A stretch of 64,000 nt of DNA from Ascoidea asiatica JCM 7603 (lineage: Eukaryota > Fungi > Ascomycota): the NCBI GenBank assembly GCA_001600695.1, contig BCKQ01000005.1, positions 54,404 through 118,403 on the forward strand, read 5' to 3'. The notes below the pieces were generated by a model. The model searched no databases. It saw only the letters and a list, made by a program, of their open reading frames with translations, and was not told the origin of the DNA. How positions within the stretch are numbered: the stretch's first letter is position 1; every line of letters begins with the position of its first letter. The position numbers and the translations under genes are program-made. Shown here piece by piece: positions 53,730 to 64,000 of this stretch.

Positions 53730-55049
53730 ATGGCTAAACAACAAAGATTTTTGAAGGTGAAAAAGGCAAGTAAGAATATTAGACAATTAAGTTCTAATAT
53801 CTTAATTCCAAAAAAGACCAAAATAACAGAGAATATAAAGATAACTTCAAAAAAAAATGAAACAAAAAAATCTGAAAATATCAAGGATAGTAATGAGGGT
53901 CTCGAAGAAGTTTATTTAGATAAATTACTAAAAAGTGATAAATCTAGTAAATCAGAGCCATCTCATGTAAGAACAAAAGTGGTGAAAGCAAATACACTTA
54001 ACGATACATCAAATTCCTCTGATGGTGATCAGAATAATAAGAAGATTATAACTGAAGTTAAAATTGATGCTGATAACGAATTAGAAAAAGCTGCAAGGAC
54101 GATTTTTGTTGGTAATTTACCTAGTATAGTATTGACTTCCAAAGATGAATACAAATCTTTAAAATCAAGGTTTAGTAAATATGGGAAAATATCATCAATG
54201 AGATTCAGATCAATATCATTTAATGATACTTTGCCTAGAAAAGTCTCCTTTTTAACTAAAAAATTCCACTCAAATATAGATTCTATTCCGATTAACTGTT
54301 ATATCGTATTTGAAAAAGAAATTGAAAATATTCATAAATTGGTGCAAAGTGAAAATACTCAAATGTTTTTAAATAATCATTTAAAAGTTGATTCAGTATT
54401 AAAACCCTTTTATAAAAAAATTGTCAATAATAAAAGTGTCTTTGTAGGAAATCTTGATTTTGAAGAGGTTGAAGAAAATCTCTGGAATTATTTTAATAAA
54501 GAAATTGGTAATCTAGGGGGTAAAAAGGATGCCTCCTTAGTAGAAAATGTTCGAATTGTTCGTGATTCAAAAACTAATGTAGGGAAAGGGTTTGCTTATA
54601 TTCAATTTAAAGATCCAATCTATGTGACCAAAGCTTTATCTTTGAATGATAAGGAAATTCATTATTATTCAACAGATAAAAATAAAATAAGCAAAAAAGG
54701 AAGGATGTTAAGAGTTACCCGTTGCAAGTCTATCCCTAAAGCAAGTAGTAATTCTGCAAATGAATTCGAGAAGTTGTTAGGAGCAAAAAATACAGAAAGA
54801 CAAGACATTGTATTTGATAAAACAAAATTTGGTAGAATTAATGGGTCTTTGAGTAAGAGTGAAAAGGCAAAAGTAAACCAGCAGATTATTATTGAAGGCA
54901 CAAGAGCGGAAAAAGGAAAAATTTCTCTCAAAAATGGTAAGATCAAAAAGACTGATAGAGTTAAAAAGCCTAGACACAAAGATTCAAGATCTCAAAAATT
55001 CAAGGAGCAAAAGAGAAAAGAGGAAAAAAAAATAAAACATATTAAATAG
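53730..55049 (+). CDS. NOP12: Nucleolar RRM protein Nop12
   Basis: Two RRMs (RTIFVGNL, SVFVGNLDFEE, VRIVRDSKTNVGKGFAY) and IIEGTRA. Confidence 0.93.
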   Translation: MAKQQRFLKVKKASKNIRQLSSNILIPKKTKITENIKITSKKNETKKSENIKDSNEGLEEVYLDKLLKSDKSSKSEPSHVRTKVVKANTLNDTSNSSDGDQNNKKIITEVKIDADNELEKAARTIFVGNLPSIVLTSKDEYKSLKSRFSKYGKISSMRFRSISFNDTLPRKVSFLTKKFHSNIDSIPINCYIVFEKEIENIHKLVQSENTQMFLNNHLKVDSVLKPFYKKIVNNKSVFVGNLDFEEVEENLWNYFNKEIGNLGGKKDASLVENVRIVRDSKTNVGKGFAYIQFKDPIYVTKALSLNDKEIHYYSTDKNKISKKGRMLRVTRCKSIPKASSNSANEFEKLLGAKNTERQDIVFDKTKFGRINGSLSKSEKAKVNQQIIIEGTRAEKGKISLKNGKIKKTDRVKKPRHKDSRSQKFKEQKRKEEKKIKHIK

Positions 55050-55263
55050 TTTAGTTGACTGTTACTCATTAATATAATATAGTAATAAATAAATCCCTTT
55101 ATATTGAAGAATTTATATCTCATGAAAATACTAAGTTAGAATATCTCAACAATCAACAATTAAAAAATTTTTAAATACATCTATAAGATTTTCAAGAAAA
55201 AAGCCAAGAACGGGAAAAATAGGCTGATGAGAATGAAACTCTTCTTCACTTAAAATAAAAAGA

Positions 55264-56574
55264 CTATCTAAACCTGCTATAATATTTTTCTTCTTCGAAT
55301 CGTTGATTGATTTTTTCTATGATTTGTTTTGAATAAACATTTTCTAATCTGCTTTTCCCTATTAAAACCTTTTTCTCATGTATTTTTTGCTCGTCCTTTG
55401 TCATTAATACCACATTCTGCAAGCTTAATTCCAACTCAGGGTCCCATCTAGATAAGGCCAATTTTGTAGAATAATTGGATATGGGAGATTTTCCCCTCCA
55501 TATTTCTTCTATAAGGTATGGCATGTCATTCATTGATATAGGAACTCTTCTTTCTTTTTCTCCTATTCTTTGTTGTTGTCCAGCTAAACTTTGCAAAATT
55601 TCGTCATGAAATTTTGTTCTGTTTTTGCCTTCTATTGGTTCTATTGGATAACCAGCTAATGCTGTCAAAATATAAGAAACAATAGTTAGTCCGAAAATTC
55701 CAGGCATCGTTCCCAACACAGGCAAGATTCTGACTCTAAAGTTCTGTAAAGCACTTAATTCAAAAACATTTCCCTTTTGTTCTTCACCCGCGGGAAGTGG
55801 TTGAAGTTTTGCTTTACGAGGATCTGGCTTTTCAGAAGAAAAAATAACAGGAATTCCAGTTTTAATTCCTCTTTTCTTTAATCTCTTTCTAACAGATCTT
55901 GCTAAGGAATCCTCTTCTGTCTTAGAAATGTCGCCGATATTTATCCTTGTTGGATCACTTTTACAACCCGCGCCCATAGAGGAAATTACTTTTACTCCAT
56001 TGTTATAACAGTAATCTAATAAATCCACTTTTGTTTCTATATTATCAATACAATCTACTACAAATGTTGGATTTCCATCTAATAGCTTTGTAGCATCTTT
56101 TAAAGTCCACAATTGATTAATAGGTTCAATAACACACCAAGGAGCTATCATTTCTAAATGATTTTTCAAAGTCAATACTTTCGACACTCCTACATCCTTT
56201 AGAGTAGCAACCGCGTGCCTGTTTAGTGATGACAAAGACAATTGATCAAAATCAATTATTCTGATTTTTTTAATTCCAGATCTTACTAGCATTGTAGCAA
56301 CCCAGGAACCCACACCACCTACACCAACAATAATGATAAAGCTTTTCCTAATTTCAGCCACACCCTCTTCTCCAAGAAATGCGTAATTCCTTGCAAGCTG
56401 TTCTCTGATTAATTTTTCGTCATATGTTTTCGTCTTTTTAGTAACATAATTTTGATTCATTTTTTTTGTACATTGTAACTCATCTTTGAATAGAGTTAAA
56501 GAAACGAAAGTTATGGTAGCACCAATAAGAGCTGAAGCTAAACCTGAAAAAAGTGCTGTTTTGTTCAACCCCAT
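55264..56574 (-). CDS. TCD1: tRNA threonylcarbamoyladenosine dehydratase (Tcd1/Tcd2)
   Basis: LIREQLARNYAFLGEEG, GVGGVGSW, SSLNRHAVA, RVRILPVLGTMPGIFG; ThiF family with an N-terminal TM. Confidence 0.9.
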   Translation of the reverse strand: MGLNKTALFSGLASALIGATITFVSLTLFKDELQCTKKMNQNYVTKKTKTYDEKLIREQLARNYAFLGEEGVAEIRKSFIIIVGVGGVGSWVATMLVRSGIKKIRIIDFDQLSLSSLNRHAVATLKDVGVSKVLTLKNHLEMIAPWCVIEPINQLWTLKDATKLLDGNPTFVVDCIDNIETKVDLLDYCYNNGVKVISSMGAGCKSDPTRINIGDISKTEEDSLARSVRKRLKKRGIKTGIPVIFSSEKPDPRKAKLQPLPAGEEQKGNVFELSALQNFRVRILPVLGTMPGIFGLTIVSYILTALAGYPIEPIEGKNRTKFHDEILQSLAGQQQRIGEKERRVPISMNDMPYLIEEIWRGKSPISNYSTKLALSRWDPELELSLQNVVLMTKDEQKIHEKKVLIGKSRLENVYSKQIIEKINQRFEEEKYYSRFR

Positions 56575-57056
56575 TGTAGTTTCAGATTTTTTGTGCTATG
56601 ATTATTTAAAATGATAAAAACTATTACTAACTCAAAAATTATGTCAACAGAATTTTAAAAAATATATTTTTTTAGTTGATCTCCAGCAATATATTTTGGA
56701 CATAAATATTAGAAAAGCTTACTTCATTTAAACTTTGCAATAACTTGATTTCTGATTTTTTTAACGAGGAGAAGATGCAAAAAATAATCAACATCAAATG
56801 TTTTATTAAAAATGAAAAACTTTCTAAACGATTTTTTGTTTTTTTTTACAATTTTGAAACGGACTTTCAAATCCCATAATTAGTGGGTATTATTTTAAAA
56901 TTGTCAACGTTGATGTTGTTAATAGCCCATTTACACAATAAAATAGTTCACTACTTCAAATTTTATATACTTTGTTCAATCAAATTTTGAATATGTATAA
57001 AATATTTACAAGATAATAATCTACTATGTCTAACATCTACAAAAGAACTGAAAAAT

Positions 57057-58256
57057 TCATTGAAATTTTTTGGCATGTCTGAGTTTAGCTTTTAACGGGT
57101 CAGCCTGAGGATTTTTTCTTAAAACAATTAATAGTAAAATCGAAGAGATAAAACTCATTCCAAACCAAGTTACAAGATATTGAAAGTGATTATTAGAAAA
57201 GGAGACATTAGGATCTTTCCCTAATGGAACACCTGCTTTTATAAACTGTTGAACCGAATATTCCATCTGACCACTATATTCCTCTTCGTTGTACAACTCT
57301 AAAGCTTCAAAATTGTCAAATTTTTTGTCTTTTTGTGAATCTTCATTTTTATTTTTTTCTTGTCTATTCCAAAAACTAAATCCTAATGTATCAAAAAAAT
57401 TTCTTTTATTCTTTTCTGGATTGTCAGTTTGTTCTGATATTGGTTTGTCTTTTAAATCTAATACTGCTTGTAAATAAATAGGTAAACATCCAGTTTTTTC
57501 AGCCATTTCTTTAATATCTGGAAAGTAATATAATCTTGTATTTGGATCATTGTCATAATTAAGTTTACTTTTTTTTTGAATGGCCCTTAACAAGCAAACA
57601 ACAGTCACTTCTTGATCTGGTACAGACAAATGTCTTAATTCTCTTGTTGTAGGATTTATCTTTTCTTCAGAAATCCAACCCCTTTCAATTAACAAAGGCT
57701 CACCTCCATCAGATCTTTCAAAGGGAGTAAAAACTAAATACCCTCTTTCTCCATCTCTTGTTCTTGGTCCAACAAAAAACTCATTTTGACTTTTGAAATA
57801 CCCTTTAACATAAACTCTTCTAAACTCAAAATCCTCAATTGCTTTGGGGTTTACTTTCTTAGGCAATGGTAAAGGTGGATATGTTATTCTATCCTCGCAT
57901 TTTGAGATTAAATCTCTTTTCCATTTTAATCTTTTATATTGCCAAGCACCTAGTCCGAATGTTAAGACCGGCATTAAAAACATTAAACCAATGAAAGAAG
58001 CTTTTGAAAATGAAAATTTTGATTTGTTACTAAAGTCGTCTGAATCGGAATTTCTCATCACATCTGTTTTTTTGGTTTTAATAGGTTTCCAATCAGAGGT
58101 AGAAGTTATATTTCTTTTAATAATTCCTAAGCAAATTTTTTTCCTTATTGTTCCAGTTGGCCTTATAAACCAGGAGTTGCTTGCTATAAAAGAGAATGAA
58201 CCATTTCCTAATAAACTTTTTCTAGCAATCATATTCGCTTTTATTGGTGTAATCAT
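57057..58256 (-). CDS. SHY1: SURF1-family cytochrome c oxidase assembly protein
   Basis: TFGLGAWQYKRLKWK, LIERGWI, NNHFQYLVTWF. Confidence 0.95.
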   Translation of the reverse strand: MITPIKANMIARKSLLGNGSFSFIASNSWFIRPTGTIRKKICLGIIKRNITSTSDWKPIKTKKTDVMRNSDSDDFSNKSKFSFSKASFIGLMFLMPVLTFGLGAWQYKRLKWKRDLISKCEDRITYPPLPLPKKVNPKAIEDFEFRRVYVKGYFKSQNEFFVGPRTRDGERGYLVFTPFERSDGGEPLLIERGWISEEKINPTTRELRHLSVPDQEVTVVCLLRAIQKKSKLNYDNDPNTRLYYFPDIKEMAEKTGCLPIYLQAVLDLKDKPISEQTDNPEKNKRNFFDTLGFSFWNRQEKNKNEDSQKDKKFDNFEALELYNEEEYSGQMEYSVQQFIKAGVPLGKDPNVSFSNNHFQYLVTWFGMSFISSILLLIVLRKNPQADPLKAKLRHAKKFQ

Positions 58257-58568
58257 TTCAAATAATCTATAAAAATTAGCATTTGTTTTCGCCTGGTCTT
58301 AAATTTATTTCAATTGAATAACTCTCAACTGTTGTGATAATAAGCTACTTTTTCTGAATTTGAATCAAAGACCAAACTCACTTATTAAGTCTCTAAGAAA
58401 AAGCTGGGCCCGCGGACAAAACTTTAAATATTATGTAAACAAAACTTAGAAGCTTGATTTACAAAGTTAATGGAAAACAAATTCTGAAATTTCAATGTTT
58501 TAATATCCTCTCTTTAATATATGTTAGAATCAAATTAGTTGTTTTTTATTTTTTTCATGCAAATAAAA

Positions 58569-60461
58569 ATGAATTTGCCTGATGATTTGAAACCTCTATT
58601 TGCTAAATGGCTAGAAGAAGAGATACTGAATGCAATCTGTAAGGGGCTTCGAACAAGTACTGTTTATAGTAAAGCTCTACAAAATTTAAAAAAATCATCT
58701 TTACCTATAACAAAAACAAAAGATTTGTTAAGAATCCCTTTTTTTGGAGATAAAACTGTTAATAAATTATCTAAGAAACTAAATGATTACTGTAAAAAAC
58801 ATGGCTATAAATCACCTTTAATGTCTCCTTTACTTTCAAAGCGTGCCAATGATGAAAGTGAAAAGTGTGAAGCTGAAAAAAATTCTGAACCCATTTCAAA
58901 GAAAAGAAAGACAACAAGAAAATATATCCCAATGAAGAGATCGGGTGCCTATGCGATTTTGAAAACATTGTTTTTATATGATAAGCCCAGAAGAGGTTTA
59001 ACAAAAGATGAAATCATTAGAAAAGCTGGCGAGTTTTGCGATAAAGGTTTCAAAAGTACCCCTTCTAGCGGACAATATTATTCTGCTTGGAGTTCAGCAA
59101 AAACTTTGATCAATAAAGATTTAATTAAAGCCTCTGGGAGACCTTTATATCACTATTTAACTGATGAAGGTTATCAATTGGCTAAGTTATTACAAACAGT
59201 AGATGAGAAAGAAGCATCTGGAAATCTAGCAACTGTATCCAGTTTGACCCAGAAAGACAAAGATCTCCGAACGCATACATCTAAAGCTAGAATTCCAGAT
59301 AATAATAAAAAAAGAGCTATTAATGAGGAAAACATTTCGATGCATATTCCCAAGCACATAAAGCCTGGTAAGGATATTGTTTTGGATTCAGATTCTGATT
59401 CAGATTGTAGTGATAAAACTAGCTCTGTATTTACAGGTAATAGTATATTCAAGCTCAATGCTCTTAAAAAAAATCCGATCACTCCTAAGGCAATTAAATC
59501 TTTGAGATTGACAACCTCAACAAAAGATTCGCCCTTCGCAAAACGATTCAAAGGTATGGAATATAAAGAGTGGCTACCTGGTGATTATACTATTATTTTT
59601 GTACTTGATAACAGAGAGATCAGAGCACAGGATCAGAGGAATTATTTTGGTGATAAACTAACCTTGTTGGGAGTGAATGTGGTCTTAAGATCATTAACTC
59701 TCGGAGATGGAGTATGGATAGCAAAGCATAAAATATCTAAAGAAGAAATTGTCCTTGACTTCATATTTGAAAGAAAAAGATTGGATGATTATATTTTTTC
59801 AATTAAAGATGGGAGATTTTTTGAACAAAAAGAAAGACTAAAAAGAACCGGGCTACAATACATATACTATTTGATTGAAGAAACTTCTGGTGTTACAAAT
59901 TTAGAGCAAATGGCAAAAGCTTTAAAGACAGGTATAACTCAAACAATAACTCAAAGTAGGTTTAATGTAAAGAGATTTAAATCTTCCGACGAAACTTTAA
60001 TATTTTTGAGGTACTTGGATACTATAATCAAAGAGTTTTATAAGAATGAAAAATTAGTTGTTTTGAAACCCAGAGTAATCAAAAGTCAAGAAGATTACAA
60101 GAATATTCTATTTAAATTCAAAAGAGATTACAAAACGAAGTTTGCTTTGGAATCTTTACACGTCTTTTACACTTTTCCAACCTTTCAAGCTATTCTTTCA
60201 AAATCGGATATGATCACTGTTAAAGAAATGTTTATTAGAATGCTCATGACTATCAGGGGAATTTCTTTAGAGAAAGCAATTATAATTCAAAGGAGATTTG
60301 TAACCCCAAAAAATTTATTAGATCATTTTAAGGAACAATCAAAAGTATTAAATGAAAAAGAAATGAGACTTTTATTGAACAAAGAATTGAAGCATGATAT
60401 TCAGAGAAAGAACATTGGCCCAAAATTATCTGATAGTATCTATGAAGTTTGGGGCAAATAA
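58569..60461 (+). CDS. MUS81: Structure-specific endonuclease Mus81
   Basis: ATG at 58569; N-terminal HhH, YIPMKRSGAYAIL winged helix, ERCC4 domain (LDNREIR, ERKRLDD, DGRFFEQK), C-terminal HhH. Confidence 0.95.
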   Translation: MNLPDDLKPLFAKWLEEEILNAICKGLRTSTVYSKALQNLKKSSLPITKTKDLLRIPFFGDKTVNKLSKKLNDYCKKHGYKSPLMSPLLSKRANDESEKCEAEKNSEPISKKRKTTRKYIPMKRSGAYAILKTLFLYDKPRRGLTKDEIIRKAGEFCDKGFKSTPSSGQYYSAWSSAKTLINKDLIKASGRPLYHYLTDEGYQLAKLLQTVDEKEASGNLATVSSLTQKDKDLRTHTSKARIPDNNKKRAINEENISMHIPKHIKPGKDIVLDSDSDSDCSDKTSSVFTGNSIFKLNALKKNPITPKAIKSLRLTTSTKDSPFAKRFKGMEYKEWLPGDYTIIFVLDNREIRAQDQRNYFGDKLTLLGVNVVLRSLTLGDGVWIAKHKISKEEIVLDFIFERKRLDDYIFSIKDGRFFEQKERLKRTGLQYIYYLIEETSGVTNLEQMAKALKTGITQTITQSRFNVKRFKSSDETLIFLRYLDTIIKEFYKNEKLVVLKPRVIKSQEDYKNILFKFKRDYKTKFALESLHVFYTFPTFQAILSKSDMITVKEMFIRMLMTIRGISLEKAIIIQRRFVTPKNLLDHFKEQSKVLNEKEMRLLLNKELKHDIQRKNIGPKLSDSIYEVWGK

Positions 60462-61376
60462 GTTAAAAGTTTTACTTTTGCAGTTATCGATCTATAGCAT
60501 CAATTTTCAGACTCATCTAATAAAAATATGTTAAGGGTAAATTCTCAAAAAAAATCAATGCCATAAACTCATTGCGTGAAAAGTTTCTTTATAAAAAAAG
60601 GGCTAAAATTTTTGAACAGAAGCAAGAAGATACTAGGGATATTTGAATCAGTGCTTCTGGGAATATCTGTTTTGTTTATATCATTGGCATGTCATTATTT
60701 GAAACTTTATCATATCTTTCTTCTGCTGCAGAATATTAACTTCTCAGAAGCATCTTCATTTAGATGCTGTATGAAAACTTTTTATCTTTTTACCAAAACA
60801 TTTCACTAATATTGAAAAATCAAGTAGAAAATAATAATTAGGAAAATTTGCATTTATGGTGAAATAAATACAAAAAAAGAAAAGTCTATAATATATAGAG
60901 AGCAATTAGTGGATTTGACTAAGAAAAATTTGAAATGAGAGAAAATATACTTCATTATTATTTCAAAATAAATAGATCAATCTTTAATATACAGCATACG
61001 AAAAAAAATTCACTCTCAATGTAAGAATGTTGAAAATAATATTTGAATATATTTTTATTTGAAGCAATTTTCTGTTGGTGAATATCTGCAGAGAATTATA
61101 ATAGTATCAAAATTTATGAACAAATCATTGAAAATTTGAGTAAATTTAACAAGTTGTTAGTGAAGATGGTTCTGAATACGAATTATCTGATATCACACTA
61201 CATCAAAATTTAGTTTTTAATAAAAAAAAAAGAAAAACTTTTGCTTTACTAGTTTAAGAGATACTTAATTTAGCGACAAAAGGTGTTCTGGTAAAAGTAG
61301 CTGGTTGTAATTTTCTATACACCTAGGGTAATGTATATTCATTTTCCCTACACTTTAGTCAAAAAGGTTTGAAACA

Positions 61377-64000
61377 TTATGCTAGAAAGCCATAATCAGC
61401 ATTTACAGTCCAAAATTCTTCATCAGGAACATGCCAATTATTACCCAAAGGATTTGCACCTCTGTTATCATTTCCCATTAATCCTGTAGAGTTTGTTGCA
61501 GCTAAAACCAGGCTAACGTTATTACTAATACTATTACTGTTTCCATGCTCGACTGATTGAATTGAGTTGGCGTTTTCCATGTTTGTTCCCGGATTTAGAA
61601 TACCATTATAATTTTGGTCGAAAGCAAGATTATCTTGAACAAATTTAGCGGATGGGAGATTGATTTTATTTGGCTCGCTTTCCTCCGTCCATGTGGAAAT
61701 GTTATTAATCATTGTATTTGCTCTTCCAATTATAGGACTTAGCTGAGATTGCCAGTTTACTAAAGACGTTCGCTTTATAATATTATTATGAGAAACCCCT
61801 CCTCGACATAACGGCGACTGGAATTTTTTTAAAGGTGGTGAGCATGTTAATAAATGGCTTAAACCTTTTGGTAGAGAAGACTTTTTAAGTGAATCTTCTT
61901 TTTTCATCCTTTCAGCTAGTTCTAACTTATCTTCTTTACTTTGGTGACGATGATTATTAGCTACAACATCATAATGACAAACAGGCCACCTCATTATGGC
62001 TGGAGGCATTCCGGATCCACTATATATTATTTCACTAGAATCAGCACCGCATCGTTCAACTAAATTTCCAATTGTAACACGCATAAGTTGATCAAAAATA
62101 TTTCTGAAACTAAGAGCAAATTTTGACCTTTCCGCCATCACATACAAAGATATTGAACAAGCTCCCAAATCATTTAATCCAGTAAAAAGTTCTTTAGATA
62201 CTGCAGGTCTAGTATGCTTTGAATTATCTCCTAATTTTCTTCTTCTATAATCATCTCTATTTCTTGTTAGCCAAAGACAATATATCAATGTAACTCCTGC
62301 TACAAATACAGTATGAATTGCCATAGTTGAATGTCCGTACACTGTTTTCTGATGAAAAACTTTGAAAAGCTGACATATTTGACCAGCAGCTGCTTGACAT
62401 TCCTGAAAAAGTCTATCTTCTGGTTCCATGAATTCTAAATAAGGTTGAATCAAAAGTCTAATAGATCTAAAGTAATATAACCTTAAAGTTTCATTTTCAA
62501 CATCTCTTCTAACACCTTGACATTCATTTCTCCATTTTTCTAAACTTTTGAAATAATATTCAACCAAAGGAAGTTGATTTTTAGAAATTGAGCTAATGGA
62601 ATTATTGGTTATATTAAGGTTTTCTACTAAAGTCGATTCGATCCTTCTTAACTTAATAGACTGATTTATAAAATTGATTCCATTGGAATTTTGTTGAATT
62701 CTTGAAGGTTCATAACTGAATAAAGGTATATCTGTATCAATTTGAGATTCGGAAATTGAATAAGGCTTTCCTATAGATACTGAGATCATTCTTTCTAATA
62801 AATAAACACACCAAAATACTCTCATTTTTTTATCTTTATCATAAGGAGAACAATTTGAGTAAGATTGGGCTTTATTTAAATTCAAAGAAATGGCTAAATT
62901 CATTGTATCAGAGATAATATCGTATAAAACAAGAGAATCTTTATCTGTTCTGATCAAATATAATATAGTCAAAACATAAATTTCTATTTTTTCATAATGA
63001 TTTAAATCATTTGAAGCAACTTTCGATAAATGCCTCAAAGAAGTTGAAAAATATTTACTTGGTTGCGGCCCATTATATTTACCAGAAGTCATATGAATAC
63101 AAGAACTTATAGCGAAAATTAACCACATTCTACAACAAGCAAAATGAAAATAGTTTGTATTATTCATATAACTTGCTAAATCATTTTTTATATAGGCATT
63201 ATGAAAGTTAAAAATTTCATTTTCATTTAATAAAGGGAATTTGAATTGTAATCTTGTAAAGTGAATATCTAAAAAAGCTCTTGATAAAGATTCATCAATA
63301 TCAAAAACGGGCTCATACTTTAAAAATTCTTTTAAATTGTAGGAACTAAAGATTGAGTTATTTAGATTGATATTTGAATCTAGGGAGGACACTAAATATT
63401 TCTCTTTATAGCAATTATTATTAATGATATTATTATTAATTATACTATTATTTACATTATTGTAATTATAACTATTATTGTTTGTATTATTACTAGATAT
63501 AAAGTTGAAATTATTGAAAGAATCCATTGATAATTTAGGTAACCGCCTTGAGTTATCATTGAAATTTGGCATTGGAATTAAAAGATTATTAATGGAACTC
63601 ATAGAAGATAATGTTTGAGAATTATTTTGAGTGTTATTGTTTAATTTATTTATTGGTTCATTGATATTATTAGAATTGAGAATATAGTTTGAAGTTGAGG
63701 ATGGAATTGGTATTGAAGTTGAAATAGAGCTAGAGTGAGAAGAATAGGTAGAAGCAGAACTTGAAGAAGAGGAAGAGTCCGATGTAGAAGATAAATTTGA
63801 GGCAGGAATAGAAGAAGAGGTCGTAGCAGTAGTTGAAGCTGTACTTACTGTGGAAAAAGAGGATAAAGAAGGGTTGAGAGTTATAGGATCTATATTTATA
63901 TTTATATTTGAATTTGAATTTGAATTTGAATTTGAATTTGAATTTGAATTTGAATTTGAATTTGAATTTGAATTTGAATTTGAATTTGAATTTGAATTTG
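61377..64000 (-). CDS. STB5: Zn2Cys6 transcription factor Stb5, 5'-partial
   Basis: Fungal TF middle homology region; ECQAAAGQICQLFK, HTVFVAGVTLIYCLW, RRKLGD.SKHTRP. The frame continues upstream of 63602 to the window end, so the Zn cluster must lie beyond it. Confidence 0.85.
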   Translation of the reverse strand, partial: NSNSNSNSNSNSNSNSNSNSNSNSNSNSNSNININIDPITLNPSLSSFSTVSTASTTATTSSSIPASNLSSTSDSSSSSSSASTYSSHSSSISTSIPIPSSTSNYILNSNNINEPINKLNNNTQNNSQTLSSMSSINNLLIPMPNFNDNSRRLPKLSMDSFNNFNFISSNNTNNNSYNYNNVNNSIINNNIINNNCYKEKYLVSSLDSNINLNNSIFSSYNLKEFLKYEPVFDIDESLSRAFLDIHFTRLQFKFPLLNENEIFNFHNAYIKNDLASYMNNTNYFHFACCRMWLIFAISSCIHMTSGKYNGPQPSKYFSTSLRHLSKVASNDLNHYEKIEIYVLTILYLIRTDKDSLVLYDIISDTMNLAISLNLNKAQSYSNCSPYDKDKKMRVFWCVYLLERMISVSIGKPYSISESQIDTDIPLFSYEPSRIQQNSNGINFINQSIKLRRIESTLVENLNITNNSISSISKNQLPLVEYYFKSLEKWRNECQGVRRDVENETLRLYYFRSIRLLIQPYLEFMEPEDRLFQECQAAAGQICQLFKVFHQKTVYGHSTMAIHTVFVAGVTLIYCLWLTRNRDDYRRRKLGDNSKHTRPAVSKELFTGLNDLGACSISLYVMAERSKFALSFRNIFDQLMRVTIGNLVERCGADSSEIIYSGSGMPPAIMRWPVCHYDVVANNHRHQSKEDKLELAERMKKEDSLKKSSLPKGLSHLLTCSPPLKKFQSPLCRGGVSHNNIIKRTSLVNWQSQLSPIIGRANTMINNISTWTEESEPNKINLPSAKFVQDNLAFDQNYNGILNPGTNMENANSIQSVEHGNSNSISNNVSLVLAATNSTGLMGNDNRGANPLGNNWHVPDEEFWTVNADYGFLA
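63907..64000. repeat. (TTTGAA)n perfect hexamer array encoding poly(Asn-Ser) in STB5
   Basis: At least 15 perfect copies running off the window; in frame as AAT-TCA on the minus strand. Confidence 0.9.

Noticed and set aside
63907-64000. Possible telomeric repeat
   Set aside because: It sits in frame inside STB5 and is not G-rich like telomerase repeats.
1-64000. CRISPR arrays, transposons/LTRs, rRNA, tRNA
   Set aside because: None recognisable. This is eukaryotic housekeeping-gene sequence with only simple repeats.

Overview
Very AT-rich, gene-dense budding-yeast (Saccharomycotina) nuclear DNA, not prokaryotic. The AT bias, Asn-rich insertions and scarce CTG codons resemble Ascoidea-like yeasts, but that identification is inference. 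About 28 protein genes are present: MRC1 (runs off the left edge), STB1, MRP21, OMS1, COQ10, two AIM14/YNO1 NADPH-oxidase paralogues flanking an ECM3-like transporter, SCS2, RPL22, two orphans, a 2-hydroxyacid dehydrogenase, an atypical kinase, DAS2, RPL23, SLX8, a probable SPR6 orthologue, a WSC sensor, PDR12, RPL3, CYS3, RPP2, POP1, DEP1, NOP12, TCD1/2, SHY1, MUS81 and STB5 (runs off the right edge). I found no tRNA, rRNA, transposon or CRISPR. The main points of interest are: an RPP2 start codon created only by splicing (A|TG); an RPL22 intron whose branch point can be hidden in a helix; an intron-like signal cluster just downstream of RPL23; Cbf1+Tbf1-type RP promoters; sharp GC-rich promoter islands; and the duplicated NOX-like genes. 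Gene names rest on motifs and my recall of S. cerevisiae proteins; no database searches were run.
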